DNA from: Syntrophales bacterium
Lineage (GTDB): Bacteria > Desulfobacterota > Syntrophia > Syntrophales > UBA2210
Length of the DNA stretch: 64,000 nucleotides
Assembly: GCA_963662405.2 (NCBI GenBank)
Contig: CAXXKT010000002.1
Location: 288,001-352,000, forward strand
Reading direction: 5' to 3'
Shown here: positions 22,073 through 32,892 of the stretch, in pieces
Numbering within the stretch: position 1 is the first letter of the stretch
Layout: every line of letters starts with the position of its first letter
The notes under the pieces: generated by a model
The model's input: only the letters and a program-made list of their open reading frames with translations
What the model was told of the DNA's origin: nothing
Database searches by the model: none
Translations under genes and position numbers: made by a program

Positions 22073-23251
22073 TTATGCTTTATTCTCCGCTTCTTTTTTC
22101 AGTTTATCAGTCATATTCGTCTTCTCCCATGGATAATCATCCATGAACAGGGTCCTCGATATCTTTCGATAAATATCACCGTTGAGCAGGTCAAATTGCT
22201 CGATCATCGTCTTGGGGGTCAGATCAAAAATCTTCTCGACGATGGCCGACAACTGCTCATCCGGCATTTTCCCCGTATTGAATGAGTTGACATAGACGGA
22301 CATCGGTCTCGCGAGACCGATGGCGTATGCCAACTGTACCGAGCAATGAGTGGCCAGACCGGCGGCAACAATATTTTTGGCCGCATAACGCGCTCCAAAA
22401 ACGGCAGAGCAATCAACCTTTTCAGGCGATTTATTCACCACAGCTCCTCCGCCAAGCTGGGCGCCCGGGTATCCACCATAGAGTTGACAGACCAGCTTGC
22501 GCCCCGTCACGCCGGAGTCGGCCGCGCTACAGGAATGAACCGCCTGCCACTCGCCGGTGGGGTTGAAGAGAAACTCGGTCTTGTCATTCACCCACTCTCC
22601 CAGACACTCAAAGGCAATCTTTTTTGCCGTTTCCTCGATCTCCTCGTTCTCCGCTACATGACGATAATCGATGGCATTCGACATGAGGACCTTTGTAACA
22701 TGTGTCGGCCTGCCGCTTTGATCGTAGTTAATCGTCACCTGTCCCTTGCCGTCAGGGGCGAATATGGGATTCCCGCAGTCCTCGAAGGCCCGCATCATAC
22801 GGTTCACCAGGACATAGGTAAGGGGAAGAAGTTCGGGCGTTTCGTCGCAGGCATATCCATACATGATCCCCTGATCACCGGCACCGATCTCCTTGTGTTT
22901 GCCTAGATCCGCGCGCGTCCCGATATTGATGTTGGGTGATTGGGGGATAATTGCGTTGAAAACACCCATCGAATGGCCGTTGAGCCCCACTGCCGCGTCA
23001 TTGTATCCCAGGGACAATACCGTCTGGCGCAGGCTCTTTTCGATATCGACGTATATACGTGTCGCGACCTCTCCGCCGACAATGCAGAAGCCCTTACCGA
23101 GAAAGACCTCCAAACCACAGTGAGGCATCGTATTGATGTCCATTCCTGCTTTTTTCTCTTCGTCCAGTATCCGTGCTATAATATCCGCGGCAATGGTATC
23201 AGCCACGATGTCAGGATGTCCCACCTTGACCCCTTCAGCTGTTATCTGCAT
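22073..23251 (-). CDS. metK: S-adenosylmethionine synthetase (divergent)
   Basis: GHPD, GAGDQG, PDGKGQV, TGRK, GGGA..K...KVD. Confidence 0.85.
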   Translation of the reverse strand: MQITAEGVKVGHPDIVADTIAADIIARILDEEKKAGMDINTMPHCGLEVFLGKGFCIVGGEVATRIYVDIEKSLRQTVLSLGYNDAAVGLNGHSMGVFNAIIPQSPNINIGTRADLGKHKEIGAGDQGIMYGYACDETPELLPLTYVLVNRMMRAFEDCGNPIFAPDGKGQVTINYDQSGRPTHVTKVLMSNAIDYRHVAENEEIEETAKKIAFECLGEWVNDKTEFLFNPTGEWQAVHSCSAADSGVTGRKLVCQLYGGYPGAQLGGGAVVNKSPEKVDCSAVFGARYAAKNIVAAGLATHCSVQLAYAIGLARPMSVYVNSFNTGKMPDEQLSAIVEKIFDLTPKTMIEQFDLLNGDIYRKISRTLFMDDYPWEKTNMTDKLKKEAENKA

Positions 23252-23894
23252 ACATTTCTCCCTTCTCAGATATTCGTTGGACATCTCCCGGCGAGACGAT
23301 GCCTCCCGATATAATGAGGGTGAAGGCCTCTTCAACCGTCATATCAAGGGGTATCATGTCCCCTTCCGGTACCATTATGTAAAATCCCGACGTCGGGTTG
23401 GGGGTCGTGGGTACAAAAACATTCACACACCGTTGTGCCGTTTTTACCTGGACTTCTCCCCGGCTCACGCCGGTAACAAATGCAATCGAATATAACCCTT
23501 TCCGTGGATATTCGATGAGAACCGCCCGCTTGAAGCTCTCTCCCTTGTCACTGAGCACGGCATCGACGAGCTGCTTGAGTGCGTTATAGATGCCACTCAC
23601 CAAAGGAATCTTGCTGACCATCCTTTCGCCGAGTGAAACGAGCTTCGTCCCCAAATAACTCCTCGTCACCAGCCCCACGGTAAAGACAAGGATCAGGGTA
23701 ATGATAATACCGAGGCCCGGCAGATGGAAGGGGAGAAAATGATCGGGATGGAACCGCGCAGGAATAAACCGTACCAGTTTATTCATCATCCCGATGATAA
23801 GGTAGAGGATATAAAGCGTCACTCCCACAGGGATGATAGCGGCTATCCCCGTCAGAAGAACACCTTTAATGCTCTTTCGCATCTTCTTTATCAT
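23235..23894 (-). CDS. DUF502 family membrane protein
   Basis: IPLVSGIY, EYPRKG, VFVPTTPNPTSG, IISGG. Confidence 0.88.
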   Translation of the reverse strand: MIKKMRKSIKGVLLTGIAAIIPVGVTLYILYLIIGMMNKLVRFIPARFHPDHFLPFHLPGLGIIITLILVFTVGLVTRSYLGTKLVSLGERMVSKIPLVSGIYNALKQLVDAVLSDKGESFKRAVLIEYPRKGLYSIAFVTGVSRGEVQVKTAQRCVNVFVPTTPNPTSGFYIMVPEGDMIPLDMTVEEAFTLIISGGIVSPGDVQRISEKGEMYADNS

Positions 23895-24057
23895 TCCACC
23901 CAACAGCTACGCCTCGGAAGTAGATGGGTTTATATCAGAAAGCCCCCCCGACTGCAATAACGAAGGCGGGGCACTCGGCCCCGCCCATCTCGAAAAGGTA
24001 TCCCTTCGTGAATCCCCCGCCCCCAGGGCAGAGATCCTGCGGATATTACATAACCAT

Positions 24058-24423
24058 TTATATTAGTGGGGGTTTTTTCTTGATCTTGTTTTGATCTCCC
24101 AGCAATACACACTTCGGCTTCCACCCCGGTACCGCGCCCTCATCAACCTGCACGTAGCTTGCAATGATAATGAGATCGTCTCTCGATGCCTTCCGTGCCG
24201 CGGCCCCGTTGAGACATATGACACCAGAACCCCGGGAACCCTTGAGTACGTAGGTGGAAAATCGCTCACCGTTCGACACATTGTATATGTCAACCTGTTC
24301 ATATGCAACGAGATCGGCCGCATCCATGAGGTCTTGATCAATGGTTATACTTCCCTCATAGTGAAGATCAGCATCGGTGACAGTGGCCCTGTGAAGCTTC
24401 GATTTCAACATTGTTCTTTGCAT
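24058..24423 (-). CDS. panD: Aspartate 1-decarboxylase
   Basis: [33 protein letters not shown]. Confidence 0.96.
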   Translation of the reverse strand: MQRTMLKSKLHRATVTDADLHYEGSITIDQDLMDAADLVAYEQVDIYNVSNGERFSTYVLKGSRGSGVICLNGAAARKASRDDLIIIASYVQVDEGAVPGWKPKCVLLGDQNKIKKKPPLI

Positions 24424-24435
24424 CGTTTCACCTGC

Positions 24436-25290
24436 CTAAATAGTTTCTCCAAACAGATAATTATCTATAAGCCGTGGCGTACCTATCCAGACGGCCAAGG
24501 CCAGCACAGATCGTTTTTCTTCGACGAATTCTACATCCGCCATGGTATCAACATCACATATCTTGACATAATCTATTGTGGCTCCCGGATGTCTTTTAAT
24601 AAAGCCCTCTACTTCGTGTATGATCGTTCCGGCATTTCGTTCCCCGCGATGATACAGGTCCGAGGCGAGCTTGAGTGAGCGGTTCAGACTCAACGCAGAT
24701 TCCCTTTCACCATCCTTCAAGTACGCATTCCGGGAGCTCATGGCAAGACCATCCACCTCTCTGACCGTCGGAATCCCTATCACCTCAAGATCCATATTGA
24801 GGTCTGTTACCATCCGCCGTATCACGACCAGCTGTTGAAAATCCTTTCTTCCAAAAATGGCGACATGAGGTTTTATAACATTGAACAGCTTTGCGCAGAT
24901 GGTCGCCACCCCCCTGAAATGCATTGGGCGTGACAAGCCACAAAGATTACTGGTGATATCTTCAACCGAGACATAGGTGTGATACGGCGCGGGATACATT
25001 TCTTCATTTGAAGGATAGAATATGACGTCCACACCCACATTACGGGCAAGTTGTTCGTCACGTACGAAGTCCCGGGGATATTTGTCAAGATCCTCGTTCG
25101 GGCTGAATTGGGTGGGATTGACATATATGCTGATGACCAGGCAATCTCCGAGCTTCCTGCCTTCTTCCATCAGCTTCAGATGCCCGTCATGGAGGTAACC
25201 CATGGTGGGAACAAAAGAGATCCGTTTACCTTGGAGCCTGAGGGCCTCAGAAAAGCCCTGCATCTCGCGCACTGTCGTAATTGTTTTCAT
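24436..25290 (-). CDS. panC: Pantoate-beta-alanine ligase
   Basis: PTMGYLHDGH, VNPTQF, GRKDFQQ, GLAMSSRN, RLIDN. Confidence 0.96.
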   Translation of the reverse strand: MKTITTVREMQGFSEALRLQGKRISFVPTMGYLHDGHLKLMEEGRKLGDCLVISIYVNPTQFSPNEDLDKYPRDFVRDEQLARNVGVDVIFYPSNEEMYPAPYHTYVSVEDITSNLCGLSRPMHFRGVATICAKLFNVIKPHVAIFGRKDFQQLVVIRRMVTDLNMDLEVIGIPTVREVDGLAMSSRNAYLKDGERESALSLNRSLKLASDLYHRGERNAGTIIHEVEGFIKRHPGATIDYVKICDVDTMADVEFVEEKRSVLALAVWIGTPRLIDNYLFGETI

Positions 25291-25310
25291 ACGTCCAGCA
25301 CTTCCCCCAC

Positions 25311-25430
25311 AAAAAAAGCCTCTCCGCTTTGAAACGGGAGGCCTGGCATGGGTCGTTCTTTACCGCCTTGCTCTCTGCCGTCCCAGTCCATAACCATGGA
25401 TCCAAGCGGACAAAAGCCTCCTACCAGACC
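25311..25430 (-). promoter_or_regulatory. panC leader: pan-type RNA motif plus intrinsic terminator
   Basis: CCGCUUGGAUCC...GGACUGGGACGG bulged stem (25378-25409) then GCCUCCCGUUU/AAGCGGAGAGGC-U7 terminator directly upstream of panC; family name from recall. Confidence 0.65.
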
Positions 25431-25701
25431 CCTGTCACCCTGTCAAGCACTTTGTGAATAAAAATGAAAACGGTCATTGCCGGGGAGTTATCCGTATTCA
25501 GGCAAGCACGGTCTTCCGTGCTGTGAAACCGGACTCTCCCATATGGTATTTCCGATCACGGATATGATATTTTCCTCATAATCATCCGAGACCGTATTGA
25601 CAAAACGATATAAAGGATTATTATAAAAGATTATCTGAGATTGAGGATCGCGTCATCTACTCGACTCTCTGAAAGAAAATGACAGCTGAGAGGAGAAACA
25701 C

Positions 25702-25977
25702 ATGTCAGCATTATATATATGCAAGAATACCGGAGAGTTCATAACAGAGCCCTGTCAGGATACGGTCTGTGAGTGGTGGTTAAAAAACGAGACTTTCTGT
25801 AACTGCACGTGGGTCGCCTGCAACTATGGCCCCTTCACCCTCGAGGAAGTCGGCGAGATGATGGGTGTCACCCGGGAACGGATACGGCAGATAGAGGCAA
25901 AAGCCCTCAAAAAGCTACAACACAAGAAGAGAAAAGATCAATTGATCGATTTCGCTGCAATGAAGGGCTTCGACTAG
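25702..25977 (+). CDS. Small protein: Cys-rich N-terminus + sigma70 region 4 HTH
   Basis: Six Cys, then [41 protein letters not shown]16-TATTAT at 25597-25624. Confidence 0.85.
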   Translation: MSALYICKNTGEFITEPCQDTVCEWWLKNETFCNCTWVACNYGPFTLEEVGEMMGVTRERIRQIEAKALKKLQHKKRKDQLIDFAAMKGFD

Positions 25978-25981
25978 GGTT

Positions 25982-26749
25982 CTACCCCCTTTTTTTCGAT
26001 TTGAGATTATCAAGAAATTGTTTCATATGATTTCTAATCTCCGCTTGTGAAAAGAGGAGTGAGGAAATCTCGAATTCATATTGCAAAGCAGAATCCTTAT
26101 CCAAGCGAGGGACTATATTCGATATTCTCTTTACCGCCTCCACGGCTCGGGCAGGTCGCCGGGAAATCTCGTTTGCGATGGTCCGCGCATCCGCCATGAA
26201 GGCGTCCGGGGGGGATATTTTATTCACCAGACCAATTCGGAGTCCTTCTTGCGCTCCGATCGGCTCACCCAGCATAGTGATCTCTTTTGCCTTAGCGATT
26301 CCGACCATCTGCATGAGGGGGTAAAACAGGGGGTTGAGGCCAAACTTCAGTTCAGGATGGCCGAATATCGCCGTTTCCGAAGCAACGACAATGTCACATA
26401 CCGTGACCAGATTAAATCCACCACCGAGGGCTATTCCGCTGACGGCCGCAATGACGGGTTTTCTGAACCCGTAGATCCGTTGCAGACTCTCGATCATCAC
26501 TTTCGAATAGTTTTCGAACCTACTATTTTCCAAGGTTGCCAGCTCTTCCAGATCAATCCCGGCGGAAAAGATGGTGTCACCTCCGGTGAGTATCACAGCC
26601 CTGACGGAGTCGTCTTGTTCCAGTTGACCGAAAGAGTGCAGCAGTTCGCGCCTCATCTCTATGGAGAGCGCATTCATCTCATCCGGTCGGTTCAAAGCCA
26701 AGATGGCGTACCCATCTTCTTTTGTGAGAGATATCGTCTTGTATTTCAT
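25982..26749 (-). CDS. Enoyl-CoA hydratase/isomerase
   Basis: LNRPDEMNAL, FSAGIDL, ALGGG, FGHPE. Confidence 0.9.
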   Translation of the reverse strand: MKYKTISLTKEDGYAILALNRPDEMNALSIEMRRELLHSFGQLEQDDSVRAVILTGGDTIFSAGIDLEELATLENSRFENYSKVMIESLQRIYGFRKPVIAAVSGIALGGGFNLVTVCDIVVASETAIFGHPELKFGLNPLFYPLMQMVGIAKAKEITMLGEPIGAQEGLRIGLVNKISPPDAFMADARTIANEISRRPARAVEAVKRISNIVPRLDKDSALQYEFEISSLLFSQAEIRNHMKQFLDNLKSKKRG

Positions 26750-26786
26750 GCGTACTCTGCTTACAATTCAAAATGGTAGATAGATT

Positions 26787-27680
26787 TCACATCCCATACC
26801 CCTGCCTATACCGGTAGCTGATTCCGGAATCGATCCCTCTGATTTCCTCCGAAAGAAAAGTGATCGTCTCACTGAGGATATAGCGAAGCAGGCTTTTTCG
26901 CTTCTTTTCGGGGTAGACAACCGCAGGTTCTCCTTGAATGCCCGCAAGCCCGGCTGCCGCAACGATCGCAACATCCAAATTGCCCAGTGCGTCAACGAGC
27001 CCCGCATCGAGTGCCTGCCTGCCGGTGAATATCCGCGCATCGGCAATACGCTCAATCTCTTCTCTGGCAATATCTCTGTTTAAGACGACCGTCTCAATGA
27101 ACTGATTGTGGATATCATCCACTACGCCTTGGATGAGTGCTTTATCGGCAGGTGTCATTTGACGGACCGGAGACCCGACATCTTTATATCTTCCGGCTTT
27201 GATGACGGTAGCCTTCAGACCGATCTTATCCAGCAGTTCTTCTATCTGAGAGAATTGCACGATAACCCCGATACTCCCGGTTATCGTGCCCGCATTGGCA
27301 ATGATTCGATCAGCGGCACAGGCGATGTAATAGCCCCCCGATGCCGCAACCGAACCCATCGAAACAACAACCTTTTTACATTCCTTAACGGTCAGGACTT
27401 TGTCATATATCTCTTGCGAAGGGACAACCGCGCCGCCGGGGGAATCGATACGCAGGACAACCGCCTTGATATCATCATCCTTTTGGAATGTATCCAGTTG
27501 CCGGATCGTCTCTTCCGCATCGCTCAGAACGCCCTCTATCCTCACGACGCCGATCTTGTCCTCGAAAGAGAAACCTTTGACCTCACCGCCGAAGGGCACA
27601 AACAGACGAAGCAGCACGAAAACGAACAAACCGATAACCGCCAGGAGAAAAAACCCGAAGATGACTGGATGTCTGTTCAT
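26787..27680 (-). CDS. sppA: Signal peptide peptidase SppA (short form)
   Basis: RIDSPGG, AASGGYY, TGSIGV, YKD. Confidence 0.92.
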   Translation of the reverse strand: MNRHPVIFGFFLLAVIGLFVFVLLRLFVPFGGEVKGFSFEDKIGVVRIEGVLSDAEETIRQLDTFQKDDDIKAVVLRIDSPGGAVVPSQEIYDKVLTVKECKKVVVSMGSVAASGGYYIACAADRIIANAGTITGSIGVIVQFSQIEELLDKIGLKATVIKAGRYKDVGSPVRQMTPADKALIQGVVDDIHNQFIETVVLNRDIAREEIERIADARIFTGRQALDAGLVDALGNLDVAIVAAAGLAGIQGEPAVVYPEKKRKSLLRYILSETITFLSEEIRGIDSGISYRYRQGYGM

Positions 27681-27731
27681 GAGCCCTCTAGCACATCTAG
27701 CATAGGGAACCGTTCTCCACGGCAATGCTTA

Positions 27732-29465
27732 TCAGAGCTTTATCCCCGCCAGCATATCACCGAGGTTGGAGACAACCTTCTCCCTGTTGTTCAGGTACTG
27801 CTTCTGTGACGTCTTGTCGGAGGATCTCTCCGAATCCTTGATACTCAGCCCAATCTTATGATTGGCTACATCAACGTTTTTAACCGACGCCGAAACGACA
27901 TCACCGACGGAGTATAGGTCTCTGGCGGAATTCACCCTCTCATGACTGATCTCAGAGATATGAACCAAGCCTTCCACCCCTTCCTCAACCTCCACGAATA
28001 TACCGAAATCGGTGATATTCGTTACCTTTCCGGTAATAATAGAGCCGGGGGCATACCGAGATGCCAGCGCCTCCCATGGATTTTCCTCAAGCTGTTTGAT
28101 CCCCAGGGAAAACTTCTCCGCTTCGATATCAATCCCCAAAACCATGGCCTCGATCTCCTGACCTTTCTTATAGAGATCCGATGGGTGTTTGATTCGTTTT
28201 TTCCAAGAGATATCAGACACGTGCAAGAGACCATCAATATCATCCTCGATCCCCACAAAGATACCGAAATCCGTGATGTTTCGTATCTCGCCTTTGATGA
28301 CGGTCCCCTCGGGATACTTCTCGCTCAGCTCCACCCACGGATTGGGCATGGTCTGTTTGAGGCCGAGAGATATCCTCCTGTTTCCAGGGTTCACATCAAG
28401 TACCATCACCTTCACCGTGTCACCCACAGAGAGAATCTTGGAGGGATGTCGTACCTTCTTGGTCCAAAACATCTCCGAGACATGCACGAGCCCTTCTACT
28501 CCCGGTTCAAGTTCGACGAATGCCCCATAGTCCATGAGACTCACAACGGCACCTTCAACAATTGATTCAACGGGATACTTCTCAGTAATGGTGTCCCACG
28601 GGTTTTCCGTCAGTTGTTTAATGCCCAGCGACACCCGCTCCTTTTCCCTGTCAAAGCTGAGGACCTTCACGGCAATTGTGTCGTCTCTGGAAAAAATCTC
28701 GGAAGGATGTCGTATTCTTCCCCAGGACATATCGGTGATATGCAGCAATCCGTCGATACCTCCGAGATCGATAAACAGGCCATAATCCGTTATGTTCTTT
28801 ACCGTACCCTCGACCACCATCCCCTCTTCCAAGATCTCGAGGGTCTTTTTCTTCTGCTCTTCCCGTTCCACTTCCAGGATAGCCTTTCGGGACAAAACAA
28901 CGTTGTTCCGTTTTCTATCGTATTTCAAGATCTGGAAATCCGTGGTCTGCCCGACATACCGGTCAAGATCCTTAACGGGGTGTGTGCTGACCTGAGAACC
29001 GGGGAGAAAAGCGGGGAATCCGATGTCAACGGAAAGCCCACCCTTTACCTTCTGGACAATCGTCCCCGGGATGGAGCCCTTCTCCTCGTATGCCCGAATG
29101 ACATCGTCCCATATTTTAAGCCGGGAAGCCTTCTCTTTCGATAGTATCAACTCGGCGTCTTTCTTTCGGTCAACGAGGACTTCGACCTCATCGCCAACAG
29201 AAATCGTGAGATTCCCCTCACTGTCCGTGACCTCGTTAAGGTAAAGGCGTCCTTCCGTCTTGTACCCAACGTCAACCATGGCCGCATCATCATTGATTTG
29301 GACAATCTTTCCCATGACGACTTTGCCGATCGCGACATCCTGTAAGCTCTGCTCATAGAGCTCAACAAAGCTCATCCCGTCCTCTTCTTTCTGTGTATCC
29401 ACCTCCTTCAGGTTCTCTACTTCTTTCTTTTCTGGTTCGGTTGTTAAGTTACCTTCGTTACCCAT
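27732..29465 (-). CDS. rpsA: 30S ribosomal protein S1
   Basis: Six S1 repeats (GLLHITDMSW, GLVHVSE). Confidence 0.96.
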   Translation of the reverse strand: MGNEGNLTTEPEKKEVENLKEVDTQKEEDGMSFVELYEQSLQDVAIGKVVMGKIVQINDDAAMVDVGYKTEGRLYLNEVTDSEGNLTISVGDEVEVLVDRKKDAELILSKEKASRLKIWDDVIRAYEEKGSIPGTIVQKVKGGLSVDIGFPAFLPGSQVSTHPVKDLDRYVGQTTDFQILKYDRKRNNVVLSRKAILEVEREEQKKKTLEILEEGMVVEGTVKNITDYGLFIDLGGIDGLLHITDMSWGRIRHPSEIFSRDDTIAVKVLSFDREKERVSLGIKQLTENPWDTITEKYPVESIVEGAVVSLMDYGAFVELEPGVEGLVHVSEMFWTKKVRHPSKILSVGDTVKVMVLDVNPGNRRISLGLKQTMPNPWVELSEKYPEGTVIKGEIRNITDFGIFVGIEDDIDGLLHVSDISWKKRIKHPSDLYKKGQEIEAMVLGIDIEAEKFSLGIKQLEENPWEALASRYAPGSIITGKVTNITDFGIFVEVEEGVEGLVHISEISHERVNSARDLYSVGDVVSASVKNVDVANHKIGLSIKDSERSSDKTSQKQYLNNREKVVSNLGDMLAGIKL

Positions 29466-29821
29466 TGATTAAATACCCCCTGGCGTTATTCTGGTACCAC
29501 AATAATCTTAGCTCTCTAACATACCGAAAATAAAATAGCAAGCCCAAGAATCGACAGAGCAAACCTGTCTCCCTCTCGAGAAGAGGCTCACATGATGAAT
29601 AATTTCAGATGCATTCATTCGATTGCCGTAATGCTGCGAAGCGAAGCTCGCGTACCTCGTGACAAAACAGTATCGAAACACCGTGGTTCTATCACACATA
29701 CAACCGCTCGTTGACTTATGGTGAAGATTCCCCTATCATGACTTGGTCTATAATTACCGAGGGTTGTCACTCTGCCAGTCTTCGTGATATCAAGCAGTTG
29801 GGAAAGGTGTTGCCGTTTCTT

Positions 29822-31279
29822 ATGATTACCCATCTTCAGAAGAACATCCTCAAGGTAGTTGCTGTCTGCACTGTTCTTATCTATCTCCACGGGTCCGCAG
29901 GGGTCTCCCTCGCCTCTTTTACGATACAGGATGAGAAAAAGCTCGGGAAAGAGTTCTACGAGAAGCTACGAGACAAGGATGTACTCATAACAGATCCCAA
30001 GGTAACCGATTACATCGATCGCATAGGGAAACTGTTGCTCGCGCACATTGATCAATCATTCTTCGATTACACCTTTTCTATTATCGACAGCCCGGCAATC
30101 AACGCCTTCGCGACCCCAGGTGGTTACATCTACGTCTATCGGGGACTCATCGGACTGACCGAAGAAGAATCTCAGCTAGCCGGTGTATTGGCGCATGAAA
30201 TAGGACACATCAAGGCCCGACACATAGCGCAGATGATCGAAAACTCGCAGAAAATGGGTTTGGCAACACTCGCGGCGGTTCTCGCGAGCGCGTTTCTGGG
30301 CGGTGGAGATCTCACCGCCGCAGTCGTCGGCTTTTCCTCGGCAACGGCAACAACCCTGAGTCTGAAATACAGTAGAGAGCATGAAGAAGAGGCGGACCGC
30401 CTTGGTATGCTCTATATGACCAAAAGCGGATATGACGGAGAGGGTATGTTGGATTTTCTGAAAATGATGCGACAGTATGAGTTCTATTCAAACTCCGTTC
30501 CATCATATTTTCTGACCCACCCGGGAACAACAGATCGGATCCGGTATCTGGATGGCCTGCTCCAGACAAAATACAGAGACAGGGGTTCAAAGAACATCAT
30601 AGGAAAACTCGAACGTATCAAGACCTCCTTGATCATCAATTACGATGATCCCGATTCAAGTCTCAAGTATTTCCAAAATCTCCTGCGAAAAGATCCCAAC
30701 AATCCCCATGCGCTGTACGGCATGGCTGTCGTCCAGGAACGACTCGGGATGATCTCGGATTCGTTCTCAAATTTCCAGAAGGCCTTGTCGCTCTCTCCCG
30801 ATGATCCCGACATTCTCCGCGATCTGGGTATTGCCTACTTCCATCTCGGCAAGATGGTGGATGCGGCGGATTCCCTGCGAAAAGCCCACGCCGCGGACAG
30901 GGACGACATCGATGCCGCCCTGTACCTGGGAAAGGCATACGTCAATACAGGAGAGTCTGGTTCCGCCCTTGAAATCTACAAAGAATGCCTGGAGAAAAAT
31001 CAGGACGACATCCCGATCCACCACCCCCTGGCAATGCTCTACGGAAAACTCGGCATGAAAGGGGAATCCCACTATCACTTCGGGATCTATTTCAAGAAGG
31101 AGGGCAAGTTCAAAAGCGCGCTCTTCCATTTCAAGGCAGCGTCTCCCTTCTTCCCGCTCGGCAGCGAAATGAGCGATAAGATAAGGGAAGAAATACGGTC
31201 CATAGAAGAAAAGGACTTCTCGAAGAAACAGCATTCTCCTGACGGCAAAACCACGCAACAAAAAAACGGCTTACCGTAA
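29822..31279 (+). CDS. M48 metalloprotease with TPR repeats (BepA-like)
   Basis: INAFATPGG, AHEIGH, EEEAD, THP, TPRs. Confidence 0.9.
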   Translation: MITHLQKNILKVVAVCTVLIYLHGSAGVSLASFTIQDEKKLGKEFYEKLRDKDVLITDPKVTDYIDRIGKLLLAHIDQSFFDYTFSIIDSPAINAFATPGGYIYVYRGLIGLTEEESQLAGVLAHEIGHIKARHIAQMIENSQKMGLATLAAVLASAFLGGGDLTAAVVGFSSATATTLSLKYSREHEEEADRLGMLYMTKSGYDGEGMLDFLKMMRQYEFYSNSVPSYFLTHPGTTDRIRYLDGLLQTKYRDRGSKNIIGKLERIKTSLIINYDDPDSSLKYFQNLLRKDPNNPHALYGMAVVQERLGMISDSFSNFQKALSLSPDDPDILRDLGIAYFHLGKMVDAADSLRKAHAADRDDIDAALYLGKAYVNTGESGSALEIYKECLEKNQDDIPIHHPLAMLYGKLGMKGESHYHFGIYFKKEGKFKSALFHFKAASPFFPLGSEMSDKIREEIRSIEEKDFSKKQHSPDGKTTQQKNGLP

Positions 31280-31371
31280 GCAAAGGCATGTACCGGTAAT
31301 ATCGTATGCATTGACATTTCCCCGGTATGTGCTATCTTCCCCGGACATCTCAGACTTCAAAGGGGACAATA

Positions 31372-32892
31372 ATGAATATCACAATAAGCACAGATCGTCT
31401 CGCAGAACTCGACTGTGAAGCATTGGTCGTAGGACATTACGAAGGGGAACAAATGCCGGCGGGGGGAGCCCGCGCCCTCGACGAATCGTGCAATGGCATC
31501 ATGAGCGAACTGATCGGCACGGGGGATTTCGAGGGAAAGCTGTACACCTCTTCGGTCATCTATCCCAGGGGGATCATCCCCGCTAAGAGAATCGTGCTTG
31601 CGGGACTCGGAAAGCGGGAAGAATGTAATCTAGAGAGGGTACGCGGGACATTCTCAAAGGCGGTTCAGACGATGCGGGATATGGGGGTCACACAGATCGC
31701 CACGTCTCTCGATTTCGGCGAAAGGGATTGTGCCGCCGGAGATATCGCACGGGCGGTCATCGAGGGTATTCTCCTCGGCCTGTACCGTTTTACGTCGTAC
31801 AAGACCCGCGAAGAGGGCTCAAAGGGGGAAATAACCGAGATCATTATTGCCGAAGAACGAGCGGATCTGCTGGAAGAGATACGGAAGGGGGCACAAACGG
31901 CTGAGATCATCTCACGAGCGGTCTACCATGCGCGTGATTTGGTCACCACACCATCCAACGACATGACACCCGCCATCCTGGCGAACAGGGCCGAGGTGAT
32001 CGCCGCCGAGGCACAGCTCAAATACGACGTGCTTGATGAGGCTGCGATGGATGAACTGAGGATGCATGCACTTCTCGGGGTGGCACGGGGGAGCGCCGAA
32101 GAGGCGCGCCTGATCATTCTCGAATACAACGGCGGGAATGCAGGGACCGCACCTGTCGTTTTGGTCGGCAAGGGAATCACCTTTGACAGCGGAGGGATAT
32201 CCATCAAGCCCTCCGACAAGATGGACGAGATGAAATCGGACATGGCCGGGGGAGCCGCCGTAATCGGCACGATCAAGGCAGCAGCGGATCTGAAGCTCCC
32301 CCTGAATGTGGTGGCCATTATCCCGGCGACGGAAAACCTCCCTGGCGGACAGGCCTATAAACCGGGGGATATCCTCAAGACCATGTCGGGGCTAACGGTA
32401 GAGGTCAAAAACACCGATGCAGAGGGACGGCTTATCCTCGCCGATGCCCTCACCTTTGCGAAGCGTTACCACCCGGCGGCGATTATCGATGTCGCCACAT
32501 TGACCGGGGCCTGCGTTGTCGCCCTCGGGGATTATCTCATCGGTATGATGGGAACGGATGAAAAGCTGAAAAAACACATGTCCGAGGCCTCGGATGCCAC
32601 GGGTGAAATGGTGTGGGAGCTTCCCTTGTGGCACGAGTACGATGAATTGATAAAGAGTGATGTAGCGGACATCAAGAATGTCGGGACACGGGCCGGGGGG
32701 ACCATAACGGCGGCCCTCTTTCTCAAGAGATTCGTGGATGATTGTCCCTGGGTGCATCTCGACATCGCCGGACCGGCACTCATTGCAAAGGATAAGCCCT
32801 ATATCCCCAAGGGGGCGTCCGGAATCGGCGTTCGGCTTCTCACACAGTTTCTGATGGACCGGAGCCAGGGTTTCCATGTCTCACATCCTTGA
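31372..32892 (+). CDS. pepA: Leucyl aminopeptidase
   Basis: GKGITFDSGG, MKSDMAG, NTDAEGRL, TLTGA. Confidence 0.96.
   Translation: MNITISTDRLAELDCEALVVGHYEGEQMPAGGARALDESCNGIMSELIGTGDFEGKLYTSSVIYPRGIIPAKRIVLAGLGKREECNLERVRGTFSKAVQTMRDMGVTQIATSLDFGERDCAAGDIARAVIEGILLGLYRFTSYKTREEGSKGEITEIIIAEERADLLEEIRKGAQTAEIISRAVYHARDLVTTPSNDMTPAILANRAEVIAAEAQLKYDVLDEAAMDELRMHALLGVARGSAEEARLIILEYNGGNAGTAPVVLVGKGITFDSGGISIKPSDKMDEMKSDMAGGAAVIGTIKAAADLKLPLNVVAIIPATENLPGGQAYKPGDILKTMSGLTVEVKNTDAEGRLILADALTFAKRYHPAAIIDVATLTGACVVALGDYLIGMMGTDEKLKKHMSEASDATGEMVWELPLWHEYDELIKSDVADIKNVGTRAGGTITAALFLKRFVDDCPWVHLDIAGPALIAKDKPYIPKGASGIGVRLLTQFLMDRSQGFHVSHP

Noticed and set aside
23905..24050. GC-rich hairpins between panD and DUF502
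   Set aside because: No recognisable motif or second copy; insufficient support for an ncRNA
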